A stretch of 64,000 nt of DNA from Octopus bimaculoides (taxonomy: Eukaryota), in assembly GCF_001194135.2 (NCBI RefSeq), contig NC_068987.1, positions 7,643,703 to 7,707,702 of the forward strand, given 5' to 3'. The position numbers and the translations under genes are program-made. Below are positions 37,154 through 50,459 of this stretch, in pieces. A model generated the notes under the pieces. It was not told where the DNA came from, did not search any database, and was given only the letters and a program-made list of their open reading frames with translations. How positions within the stretch are numbered: the stretch's first letter is position 1; every line of letters begins with the position of its first letter.

Positions 37154-37656
37154 TTAAAAATAAATTTTAAATGAAAAGAAATTGAAATCAGGAATATAAG
37201 TAAATGCAAATGAATAATGGAGCCTCCAAGTGGTTGCTTGACCTCTGACGAAGATGTCTGTCCGTATGTGGTAATTCAACCTGCTAGAAATAGCAGCCAA
37301 ATTTCCTTCACAACTCCACTACCACTATCTTGACCCCCCCCCNNNNNNNNNNTAGAGAGAGACCCTTAAAATCATAGGATGGTCAAGGCTAGAATGACTT
37401 TGATTATAGATTTGCACAATTAGGCTTGACCTGGGGTTAAACAAAAACAATGATCAATTAATAGTCAGGTAGGGGACTGTATTGCAAGTTAAGTGCCTTT
37501 ATGTGACAGTCTATGAGGGTCAGTGACAGGGAGAGCATCACTAACCATCTCTGGCCATAGAAAATCTTTGTTTCACTCAACAGTTTTGTCAAGTGTGGAA
37601 AAATGGACATTAACATGATGACAATCAGATGAGCACCAGTGATGGGATATATAACC

Positions 37657-37762
37657 AGCACTGTGGAGTCAGAGTCGTGGAGTTGGAGTTGGAAACAATT
37701 AAGGGGTAGCTGGAGTCAGAGTCGGTACAACTATACCGATTCCGACTCCGACTCACAGTGTC
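37657..37762. mobile_element. GGAGTC-repeat MITE (hAT-like)
   Basis: CACTGTGGAGTCAGAGTCG ... CGACTCCGACTCACAGTG inverted termini; no clear TSD. Confidence 0.5.
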
Positions 37763-38288
37763 TTTATTCTTTAATATAAACAAGCTATAACATATAGGCC
37801 TACTCAAAGTACAAGCGTATGCATATCCTTTATGAGATATGTAGACCACAATCACTTAATTACATAGAGGAGGAGGAGGATGATGACGATGATGATGATG
37901 ATGAGGAGGAGGAGGAGGAGTTTTTTGCTATGACTCCACAGCCCAGTACATAGCAGACCAAATTTTTGCATGGAGACCTTGGAGATATCAAATGAAAGAA
38001 GGAATGACAGAGGCACAAACTGGAAATTGAATCCATTTTTTGATGGTTTACAGGAGGCACGGGCAACCTTTACCTAAAAGCAGGCCCCATAAGGCATGGC
38101 TCATCGTCAGGCAAACCACTAAAGAAAAAGAGTTCAATGTCCATTTTCATAAGGAATACCATTCATACGGTCTCGCGAGGTACACTTAACCATGACTGGC
38201 TTACAGCTTATGTTGTCAAGATTGAATCTTACTGAATAAAAATAAATGAATGGATTATATTGAATAAGTAAGATAGTGTTATATTCAC

Positions 38289-38334
38289 CTCAATTAACCA
38301 TGGCTTCAAAGTATTGTCAATGATTATGTCATAG
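38289..38334 (-). CDS. TTLL1: TTLL1 coding exon 11 (46 bp)
   Basis: (G)YDIIIDNTLKPWLIE, containing the conserved active-site Glu; TTTCAG acceptor, GTGAAT donor. Confidence 0.95.
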
Positions 38335-38593
38335 CTGAAATAGAGACACGATATATATATAGATATATATATATATACATATATATATAAATATATTCAC
38401 ACACATTCTGTCGGTTGCAATGACAAGGCTTCCAGCTGATGCAATCAATGGAACAGCGTGAAATTAACGCGCAAGTGGCTGAGTACTCCACATTACGTGT
38501 ACCAGTTCTCGGGGAGATTCAGCATGACACAGAGTGTGACAAGGCTGGCCCCTTTGAAATACAGGTACAAGATAGATAGATAGATAGATAGAT

Positions 38594-38639
<46 letters not shown>

Positions 38640-41147
38640 CAAAGAGTAAAATAGTCATTCATCTATCATACCTAATGTTTCTACATGTTGATGGGCCAGT
38701 TACTGTAGTATTTACCCTGAAATGGCATCTCTTACAGATGTGCTGCATTAAAAACACTATACATACTGGTTTCAAACTTTGGCACAAGGCCAGCAATTTG
38801 AGGGGAGGGGATAAGTTGATTACATCGACCCCAATGTTCAACTGGTTCTTATTTTATTGACTTTGAAATATGAAAGGTAAATTGACCTCAGCAGAATTTG
38901 AACTCAGACCCTAGACAGACAAAACCCTGATCTAGCAATCCTGAGTCCAATACCCTAACCACTGTGCCACGTCCTGTGGATGATGTATGAAACAAATTTA
39001 TGACTATTGTTTCTTCGTTTAATTTATTCCTGTAAGCTGGTTTCTTTTGGAAAGTTTCTTCTAGTTTCAATGCTTTATATTCTTGTATGTGTGTGTGTGA
39101 GAGAGAGAGTGTGTGTGTGTGAATGTGTATGTGAGTATGTGTGTGTGAGTGTGTCTTTGTGTGAGTGTGTGTATGCATGTGTGTGTGAGTGTATGTGTGT
39201 GCATGTTTGTGTATGTATATGTGTCTGTGTGTGTTTGTATGTGTATGTATGTGTGAGTGTGTGAATGTATGTGTGTGTGTTTGTGCATGTATATGTGTGT
39301 GTGTGTGTTTACATATGTGTGTATCTGTTTGTGCATGAGTGTATTTGTGTGTAAGTGTGTATGTGTGACAGTGTGTGTTTGTAAGTGCGTGTTTATGTGT
39401 GTGAGTGTATATGTGTGTTTATGTGTGTGAGAGCATTATGTGTGTGTGTTTGTGAGCGCATGTGTGTGCATGTGCATGTGTGTTTGTGTGCGTGTGTGTG
39501 TATGTGTGTGTACGTGATTGTAAAAGAAAGTTTTGATATCAAGTTTAATGTGACAACCTACATGTAGACCACATGATGGATGTTTCTAAATGGGGAATTA
39601 AAATAAGACACAGAGAGATGCTATCTTAGAGAATTAATCAATAAAATAAAGAGAACAAAGATGGCTCACATAGAAAACGAACATTTTTTTTCCCTCCATT
39701 TTACCATGTCTATAACGTCTAGACATATTTAATTCACTAAAATTGCTTTCTCGAGCTTTTCTACAGAAATTATACAAGTGTACATACAGGTGCAGTAGCG
39801 GCGGAGGGGTTAAGAAACTAGCTTTGCAACCATATGGTTTCCAGGTTCAGTCCCACTGTATGGCACTTTGGGTAAGCATCTTACCCAATCACAAGATCAT
39901 CGGTTCAATTCCTTGTGTTTTGTGTTCTTGAGTAAGCCACTTCATTTCACACTGCCACAGTCCACTCACCTGTAAATGAGTAACCCCATGATGTAATAGT
40001 CTTCTGATCAGGGCCTGCTCACCTAGGTAGTGGGGTGGCATCATTCAAAAGATATCCAATAATGTGGTCAATAATGGGAGATGTGTGTGTATAGATAGAA
40101 CAGATAGAAGTGAGGTGAGAGAGTAGGTGTTTATTGCATTTGTTTACAGTTGTTTCATAATCTTATTAGTTACCTCATTTTTCTTATCTACTCTATATAT
40201 TTTCTCTCTATCATTTATTTCTTTATTGCCCACAGGGGGCTAAACATAGAGGGGACAAACAAGGACAGATAAAGGGATTAAGTCGATTATATCAACCCCA
40301 GTGCGTAACTGGTACTTAATTTATCAACCCCGAAAGGATGAAAAGCAAAGTCGACCTCAGCGGAATTTGAACTCAGAACGTAATGGCAGATGAAATACTG
40401 CTAAGCATTTTACCCAGCTCAAAATGGTGTATTTTATGTGCCACCGGCACAAGTGCCAGGAAGGCGACGCTGGGCACAGGTGCCATCACGATTTCGCTTT
40501 CACTTGCCCCAACAGGTCTTCACAACCCGAGTTTCGTGTCCAATGGAGGAGACAACGTTGGCGGAGGGTATAAATACTTTTGGCCAGAGTACTACACAGT
40601 CAAAACTGCCCTGGTACAAAACAACAACAACAACAACTTCTCATATTCTTAAGCAATACAATTTAAGTTGTAACATCTTTTGTCGTAAAATCCTTCTCTT
40701 CTTATTGGTTTGCGATTGTGCTTGTTGTACATTTAAAGCCTGGCTTAATAATTATAGCAATACAATAATTCTAGTTATTAGTGTTTGTGATCAAATGAAT
40801 TAGAATTCTTGTTGAGGATTTGGGATTTTAATTCCAAGAATCTAAGATATAGATAAGGCAGAATGGAGAGGTGTGTGGGGGGGTGAAAGAGAGAAAGAAG
40901 AGGGGTGTGAAGGGTAGAAAGAGACCGAGTGTATGCGTCTACATGTGTGTGTGAGAGAGAGGGTGAAGTGTATGTGGGTGCGAAAAGACGAAAGGGTGAA
41001 TAAGAGGGAGAGAGAGGGGGAGGGGTGAGTAAGGAAAAATGTCGGGGTCGTCATACATCTGGCATAAAGTTAGGGACAATAAAATGACATTAATCTATTT
41101 CATGAAATCAAATGTATATTTTGTACTGGACTTTGCCAACTCCATTG

Positions 41148-41192
<45 letters not shown>

Positions 41193-41411
41193 GCAACAAC
41201 AACAACAACAACAAGAATACAATAGTAATTATTATTATTTCCATTCTTCTCGTTCTTGCTAATCAATAAATACTAAGAAATGGTTCAAACTAGACAATTT
41301 ATTCAAATTCTAAGACCAAACCAAGATGTTTATCTCTCTGCTGAGCTGATTGCAAATCCTTAAGATTGAGGTCCAATACCATACATGGTGAAAGAGTTAT
41401 ACACTTCTCTT

Positions 41412-41455
<44 letters not shown>

Positions 41456-41879
41456 AATGTCTTTCTCTTTCTTAGTTTCATACTGTGTGTGTGTGTCTCT
41501 GTTTCACAATTTCTTTCTTTCTCACTCTTTCTCTGAGTTTCACTTTCACTTTCTATTTCCTTATCTCTGTTTCACTTTGTCTCTCCCTCCCTCCCTCTCT
41601 CTCTCTCTCTCACAATATCTCTTTCTTTGTTTCACAGTGTGTGTATGTGTGTGTCACTCTCTCCCATCCTGCTCTTTGTTTCACTATTTCTTTCTCTTTC
41701 TCACTCTCTCTCTGTTTCACTCTCTCTCTTACTCTTTCTCTGAATTTCACTTTCATTTTCTATTTCCTTGCCTCTCTCTCTCTCTCTCTTTCCCCCTCTA
41801 CCCCTACAATCCCTTTACATTTCCACCCCAAAAACGGGAGTCGTGGGGGTGAGTNNNNNNNNNNGGGGGGGGGGGCACA

Positions 41880-42134
41880 TGACAGTGGTGCAGGGGGAGG
41901 GGGAGAGACAGCAGAAGCTTTAGTAATGCCAGTGGTTATAACGGTGGTCATTGTAGTACCACTGGTGGTGTCAGTGGTGGTGGTGGTGGCGCTGGTGGTA
42001 CTGGAGAGCAATTCTGAAGAGTTGTCTGATAACATCAGTTAATTAACCATCAAATACCAAAGTTGGCAGGATTTTAGACTCTAGCAGAAGAAGTAGTAGC
42101 CTACCAACTTCTTGTAGAGGTGGCAGTGGTTGTG

Positions 42135-42170
<36 letters not shown>

Positions 42171-42366
42171 GTAATGGTGGTGATGGTGGTGGTGGTGGTA
42201 GCAGTAGTAGTAGTAGTAGTAATGGAGGTGATGTGGTGGTAGTGGTAGTAGTAGTAGTAGTTGTTGTTGTTATTGTTATTCTTAGTGATTCGATCAACAT
42301 TGTTGTTGTTGTTGCTGTATTGTTCTTGTGACAACTGATGCTGTTGTTGTTGATGGTAGTGGGTGG

Positions 42367-42397
<31 letters not shown>

Positions 42398-42420
42398 GGT
42401 AGCGGCGGTGGTGGGTGATA
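41880..42420. repeat. (GGT)n/(AGT)n/(TGT)n trinucleotide mosaic
   Basis: Direct reading; explains the low-complexity ORFs here. Confidence 0.9.
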
Positions 42421-43422
42421 GTGTTTATATTTTGTAGCAATTTCCTGCTCTTGGACTGAAAACATGTGACCTTCAAAGTGGGATTCGATGAGAATTTCAC
42501 AGCATCGAAGATGCACGGGTATATTAGATGTACCCCTATTTCAGCAGTGCATATTCAGAAAAAAAAAAGAAAAAAGGTTTTAGTGCATTAAAGCATGTAA
42601 CATTTAAAATAACTTCAGGGTGGCAAACTGGTAGGATTCTTAACAGCATTTCGTCCATCTTTACATTCTGAGTTCAAATTCCACTGAGGCTGTCTTTGTC
42701 TTTAATCCTTTCGGGGTCATTAAAACAAGTGCCAGTTGAACACTGGGGTCAATGCAATCAATTTGCTTGCTCCACCGAACTTGCTGGCCTTGTGCCAAAA
42801 TTTGAAATCACTACTTAAAGCACTCTAAGACAATGAGCTGGCAGAATCGTTAGCCCACCGGGCAAAATGGCTAACAGCATTTTTTCTGTCTTTATACACT
42901 GTGTTCAAATTGTACCCCAAGATTGATTTTGCCTTTCATCCTTTCTGGGTTGATAAAATAAATACCAGTTGATCACTGGGGGTGATGTGATCAACTTACC
43001 CCCTCCTGAAATTGATGACCTTCATCATTATCATCATCATCGTTTAACGTCCGCTTTCCATGCTAGCATGGGTTAGACGATTTGACTGAGGACTGGTGAG
43101 CCAGAAGGATGCACCAGACTCAATCTGATCTGGCAAAGTTTCTACAGCTGGATGCCCTTCCTAATGCCAACCACTCCATTGTAGGCACAAGGCCCGAAAT
43201 TTGGGGGGAGGGAACCAGTCAATTAGATCGACCCCAGTGTGCAACTGGTACTTAATTTATCGACCCTGAAAGGATGAAAAGCAAACAAAGCCGACCTCAG
43301 CAGAATTTGAACTCAGAATGTAAAAGACAGACGAAATACCGCTAAGCATTTTGCCCAGGGTGCTAACATTTATCCCAGCTCGCCGCCTTTCAAACACAGC
43401 TATTTGCAAAGACTCTACTTAC

Positions 43423-43463
43423 CCATAACATTCAAAGCAATGTCGGTCATTGGAAATGCAATT
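43423..43463 (-). CDS. TTLL1: TTLL1 coding exon 10 (41 bp)
   Basis: NCISNDRHCFECY(G); TTCCAG acceptor, GTAAGT donor. Confidence 0.95.
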
Positions 43464-44568
43464 CTGGAAAATACAAGTTGAACGTAAAACATGTTATATC
43501 AAGAATCTTACTCCATCAATTCTTACCCTACTTCTGCATTCCATGTTTCAATTTATTTCTCAAGATCAAAGCTGTTTTTTGTTTAGTAGCAGATTTAATT
43601 CATCACCCTGTTTAACACTAACTTCTTTTGCTAACCCTGCCTTGAGCAGGGATAAATACAGTACATTCTGTGAAGTGGGTGATGTTAGGAAGGACATCCA
43701 GCTGTAGTAATAATACCAAAAATGGAGCAGACAAAAGGGACACGATCCACTGACCCCTCTAACAAAGCAATAACTTTGAATAAAAGCATGCTTGGACCCT
43801 GATGACCTGTGCACCTGATGCCAGCACGGAAAGCAGGTGTAAAATGATGATGCTGACAGTTAATGGTAGTATAATACTATTGAATAGTATCTTGGACGGT
43901 GGCCATACTGGAGCACTGCCCTGAAGGATTTAGTAATGGATCTTTATTGGTTTTTGACACGGAGTTCTCAGCTGTGTGATTAAATGAGATACCTAGTCAA
44001 TGAATTTGCATAAAAGTGGTTGAATATGCCTCAGTAATGTACCTTTAATATCACTCTCAGGCGAGTGACAAGGTGAAACCTTTAAATTACAGGTAAAACC
44101 CATCCAGCTGGCTTCAACAAAGTTTCCATTTTCCTAAATTCAATCAAAAGGCTTGGGTCAACATGAAAGTATGATAAAACACAATTTCCCATGATGCTCT
44201 GCAGCAAACTTCAATCCTATGACCTCATGACTGTGAAGTAAATATCTTGACCATTTAGCCATAGTACATCCACATTCATGTTGTTATACATTGCTGATTA
44301 CCATGCACTTCTAATTCTTTCTTGATTGAACCATTTTTTTCCACCTTAGCTCAAACCATTTAATTAAATCATCTTCCCATCACCATGGAGGCCTTCCCAG
44401 TGGCTTTTCTGATCTCTTCGGTACCACCTTATTGTCTAAGAATCTTGCAACATAGAACTTGTGCTTTCAGTATTCTGCGATTGCAGAATATAAAAACTGT
44501 AATACTGAGGGTGATAAAACATGTAGAATAATAGAAAAATCTGTTATTCAACGCTGGAAATTACTTAC

Positions 44569-44631
44569 CACAACTGATTTAAGGGAATGGACCACAACCC
44601 AGTTAATCTCATCAAACAGTTTATCCGAGAC
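44569..44631 (-). CDS. TTLL1: TTLL1 coding exon 9
   Basis: VSDKLFDEINWVVVHSLKSVV; CTCCAG acceptor, GTAAGT donor. Confidence 0.95.
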
Positions 44632-44719
44632 CTGGAGAGAAAGACCAAAAACAAAAAAAAATTCAATTCAAAGAATATTTTCAAAAACATGTAAAAGTAA
44701 AGATCCCCTTCAGTTATGA

Positions 44720-45035
44720 ATGACCATGGGATTGCACCTAGAAAGTTCCCTTCTGAGGCACAAAGCCAGGCAAGGCTATTTTTATAGAAGACCAACAGTG
44801 GCCGATGCATACCAGCCTGCTTTCTCCAAGCCACTGATGTTATTCAAGGAAAAAGCAAAGGGGCCGATACAGCTTGGCCCCAGTGATGTCACACAACTCA
44901 TTTCTGTAGCTGAGTGAACTGCAGCAATGTGAAATAAAGTGTCTTGCTCAAGAACACAACACAGCCTGGGCCAGGAATCAAACTCACTCCCTCGTGATTG
45001 CGAGCCAGATGCTCTAACCACTGAGCCATGCACCA
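44720..45035 (-). mobile_element. tRNA-derived SINE family G
   Basis: tRNA-like head near 44960-45035; related copies at about 14560-14780, 50620-50880 and 58270-58520. Confidence 0.6.
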
Positions 45036-45458
45036 TCGCAATAAAATGTAAATACAAATTATGTTTGTTTTTTATTTCACATTGTAATGATTACAAATTT
45101 TGGCATAAGGCCACAATTGTTTTTCAGAAGGGGTTAACTCCGCCAGCATCATCATCATTTCATCATCATCATCATCGTTATCGTCGTTTAACGTCTGCTT
45201 TCCATGCTAGCATGGGTTGGACAATTTTAATGTCCGTATTCCATGCTAGCATGGGTGGGATGGTACCACAAGAGCCAGCCAGGCCGAAGCCTGCACCGGA
45301 CTTCTGTGACTGTTTTGGCAGCATTTTTACAGCTGGATTTAATCAATACTCATTTTATTGATCTCCTCGAACTTTGAATAAAAAGAGACATAAGTAAATA
45401 CAGTAAGACCTCTTTTTTGCATGGCCCTTTATTGCTTCTACTGGCCCTTTAAGTTTCA

Positions 45459-45617
<159 letters not shown>

Positions 45618-45902
45618 CTAAAACAATGGAAACAGTTTAAACTGATTCTAATGGCAGAAACACATATTTTGTACCACACACACACACACATATAAAATAT
45701 AAAATGTAAATTGATGACAAATGGCAAAACAAAAACAACTGTAATCGAATGAATGTACAGATTTAATGTATTAGTTTGATACACGGTGAAGATTTCAGAC
45801 AGAAAACTAAAAATAAGAATATGTTTGGAGAAAGTCCACAGAAAAGGATAAAGAAGAAAGGATGGATAACTGGGAGAAAAGCACTTGAGTAGCTACATTG
45901 TC

Positions 45903-45932
<30 letters not shown>

Positions 45933-45934
<2 letters not shown>

Positions 45935-46187
45935 TCTGTTGTGTCTGGGGACAGTCATTTTCTTTTTGTGCCTTATAATTTAACATACTCACAGGTAAAA
46001 TTTCCACTTGTTCTTTATTTTTATCTATCTATCTATCTAAAAAAAAAAAGAAAGAAGTGGAAATTTTACCGGTGAGTGTGTTAAATTATAAGGCACAAAA
46101 AGAAAATTACTCTCTCCAGACACAACACAATATACTTCAACACACAAACTCACATAAAGAATCTTGTAAACCAAATCTAAAAATGAA
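45933..46187. mobile_element. Fold-back repeat family I, second copy (TTLL1 intron)
   Basis: Arms at 45933-46009 and 46055-46127 are inverted, with a spacer of about 45 bp. Confidence 0.75.
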
Positions 46188-48789
46188 ATATATATATATG
46201 TATACAGAGAGAGAGAGACAGGCAGACAGACAGATAGATAGATAGGTAAGTAGGTAGATATGTATATATATATATATATATATATATGCGCATGCGCACA
46301 AACACACATGACAGGTTCTTTCAGTTTCCATCAACTAAATCCACACACAGGACTTTGGTTGGCCCAGGGCTAGAGTTAAAAACACTGGCCCAAGGTGTCA
46401 CACACTGGGACTGAACCCAGAACCATGTGGTTGGGAAGCAAACTTCTTACCACACAGCCACACCTGCACCTATGTGAAAAAGGAAAGAAAAAAAATAACT
46501 AAAACTAGAAAACAACAACAAAAAAAATGTTATTAGAAAAACAAAATAAATTCTTGTAAATATTGTAAACGAGAAACATTTAAAGTATATACCATTCCCT
46601 ATGTTAATTAGATGACAAACAAATCACATTCTTTTGATGTTCTCTTCAGGCTGTGTCAAGCATTTCGCTTAATTTGCAACTAGATGGCAGTAAAACTCAC
46701 CGAAGAAACATTTAGTATATTTGTAATTAACAATCAAGGATAAAAGAGTTTCGGTCTTTGGAAATGCCATAGTTCTGATGCAAATTTATTTATAACAAAG
46801 ATAGAATGATAATTTCTCCTAATTGAGTTATTAAACATGAAAACGACCTTTTACCATTCTCTTTTCCTCAAAGACACTACCAGGAGAATGGCATCAAAAC
46901 TGAACAAAGATAATGGCTTTTAAGCTGTTTTCCTTGAGGGTAACGTACCATGTCAGATGTATTCACTTTGTAATTCAATCTCTGTAATCTAATCTTAAAT
47001 TTCCGGAAGCTTCTATTCAGACTTTGGAGCTTACAGATTAATCTCAATCTACATTTCCCTCGTTAACTCTCTCCATATGGAAAGCAAAACAAGTAAAAGG
47101 AATAAATATATAAACATATAAATATATCGAATAATATCTATGCTGAGGCCAGGTGTAGCTAAGTAGGTGAGCAGTTATGGAGGCTCGTTTTATGAACCAT
47201 ACATTCTGCATTCGATCCCTTCCTAACGCCAGACATTCAATTATGAAGCAAAAGAACTGTAAAACTTTGTGTACGAGATGTATATGACGAAATTAGGCTG
47301 GTTGCCTTCCAACCATGTGGTTTTGGGTTCAGTCCCACTGTGTGGTGCCACAGGCAAGTGTCTTCTACTATAGCCCCAAGCTGACCGATTCCAAGGTGGA
47401 AACTGAAAGAAGGCTGCTGTATATACCTGTCTGCTTCTCTCTCTTTCTCTCTCTCTCTCTCTCACACTCTCTGTCTGTCTGTCTCTCTCACTCACTCACT
47501 GTCTGTCTCTCCTTATATATACACACACACACACACACACACATATATCATCATCGTTTAACGTCCGCTTTCCATGCTAGCGTGGGTTGGATGATTTGAC
47601 TGAGGACTGGTGAAAACCAGAATATATATATATATATATATATATATANNNNNNNNNNNNNNNNNNNNNNNNNNNNNNNNNNNNNNNNNNNNNNNNNNNN
47701 NNNNNNNNNNNNNNNNNNNNNNNNNNNNNNNNNNNNNNNNNNNNNNNNNNNNNNNNNNNNNNNNNNNNNNNNNNNNNNNNNNNNNNNNNNNNNNNNNNNN
47801 NNNNNNNNNNNNNNNNNNNNNNNNNNNNNNNNNNNNNNNNNNNNNNNNNNNNNNNNNNNNNNNNNNNNNNNNNNNNNNNNNNNNNNNNNATATATGCATG
47901 TATGTATACATATAGATGTAGGCATGTACATATATGTATGAATATATCATCATCATCATCATCATCGTTTAACGTCCGCTTTCCATGCTAGCATGGGTTG
48001 GACGATTTGACTGAGGACTGGTGCAACCGGATGGCTACACCAGGCTCCAATCTAATTTGGTAGAGTTTCTACAGCTGGATGCCCTTCCTAACGCCAACCA
48101 CTCAGAGAGTGTAGTGGGTGCTTTTACGTGTCACCCGCACGAAAACAGCCACGCTCGAAATGGTGTCTTTTATGTGCCACCTGCACAAGAGCCAGTCCAG
48201 GGGCACTGGCAACGATCTCGCTTGAAAACCCTACAAGGCCAGTCAGGCGGTACTGGCAACGGTCACGCTCAGGATGGTACATCTTATGTGCCATTATTTA
48301 TATATATATATAAGTATGCTGACCACTGGTTGAAATTGATATGATTTAATAATATTAATTTCTATTTCTATTATTTAATTTCATATATCTGTGTTCCGTA
48401 GCCATTTGATTCACTGCTGAATATCATTCATTGCATTTATTTTCTGGTTTAACACGCTAGTACGAGGATGTTTGAATCGAAGTTAAAATACATAATATTG
48501 GAACTCTGTATGTTCGTATCCTCTCACAGAGACGGGTGGTATGCAGTTCCATTGTTATATCAGCACCAATTTCTCTGAGGAGACACAGACAATTATGGAA
48601 TTGTTCATGTTGAAACCTTAAGGAATGGAATTAAGAACTGTCTTAATTTGTCTTGCTCATAAACAACCTAGCGTCTTGCTAATTTGAGAACACAGATTTC
48701 TTGGTAAGACGGTTTAACATCTATTTTTAGCATACAAGGGATCCACACAGTGGTCTCTCATATTGTTTATATTTAAATAGAATTCCTAA

Positions 48790-48835
48790 GACACCTGATG
48801 AAGGCTGGAGGGTATATCAGCCGAAATGTTGTGTT
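48790..48835 (+). ncRNA. Minimal type-I hammerhead ribozyme, second copy
   Basis: GACAC-CTGATGA-A-GGCTG..CAGCC-GAAA-TGTT-GTGTT; C15.2 has changed to T (AACGTT to AATGTT). Confidence 0.65.
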
Positions 48836-48930
48836 CACAACAAACAAGATGAGGACAAACATCCGTCAAATGTAAATAATGTATATAATTCCTCATCTCT
48901 TAAATATAGAACTGTATTAGCAGGTAGTTA

Positions 48931-49186
<256 letters not shown>

Positions 49187-49747
49187 ACACACATACATAT
49201 ATAAATGTCAAATAATGAAAATTTGAACTCAGAATGTAAAGACATTAAATACTGCAAAGCATTTCATCTGGCTTGCTAACGTTTCTGCCAGCTCAATGCC
49301 TTCTTCAATATTGAATATTCTTTTCTACCTAGGCACAAGGCCCGAAATTTTGGGGGAGGGGGCCAGTCAATTAGATCGACCCCAGTACGCAACTGGTACT
49401 TAATTTATCAACCCCGAAAGAATGAAAGGTAAAGTCGACCACAGTGAAATTTGAACTCAGAATGCAAAGACAGATGAAATACCGCTAAGCATTTCGCCCG
49501 GCGTGCTAACGTTTCTGCCAGCTCGCTGCTTTTTTGATCGTGTAGTATTCTTTTCTACACTTGGCACAAGGCCAGAAATTTTGGGGGAAGGGTCCAGTCG
49601 ATTAGATTGACCTCAGTACACAACTGGTATTTAATTTATCAACCCCGAAAGGATGAAAGTCAAAATTGACCTTGACGGAATTTGAACTCAGAACGTAACG
49701 ACAGATAAAATACCACTCAATACAGAATATTAAGCAAACAAAACTCA

Positions 49748-49999
<252 letters not shown>

Positions 50000-50383
50000 T
50001 CATTACCGGCCAGCCATGAGATTCGAACTCACATCCCTGAGATTATGCATCTTGAAGGTAAAGCACTTGACGTGTAATCACATTTGACAACATACTATCA
50101 AAAACAACAAAGTGTAATAGAACCTGTGTGTGTCTATTACTGGCATAATGACCCTCCTTTAATTTTAGATTTTCTTTGTCTTTTTTACCCTAACACAGAG
50201 TTTGATTGTTATGCAAATTCTAGCTTTGTCCCAGATTAGTATAATTAATGTATTAAGACAAGAGCTCTGTATAATGCCATTTCCTTTTAAAGGTGACTAA
50301 TTCACTGCTTCAAGAAAGACAATTGGTATAAAGCAAGAAGATAAAAAGTTCTGAAGGTTAAACAAAATCTTCGTCGTTATCAC

Positions 50384-50459
50384 CTGTTTGTTTTGCTGTC
50401 TCGGGACCATTTCTTGAGTTGAGAAAGTTTGTTGACCAGAAATATACCAATTCCACGAG
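50384..50459 (-). CDS. TTLL1: TTLL1 coding exon 5
   Basis: (A)RGIGIFLVNKLSQLKKWSRDSKTN; TCTTCAG acceptor, GTGATA donor. Confidence 0.95.

Noticed and set aside
50455-50457. The TTLL1 Gln-to-Arg difference as an RNA-editing effect
   Set aside because: The sequence is genomic and the codon is CGT; A-to-I editing of CAA/CAG would give CGA/CGG in RNA only.
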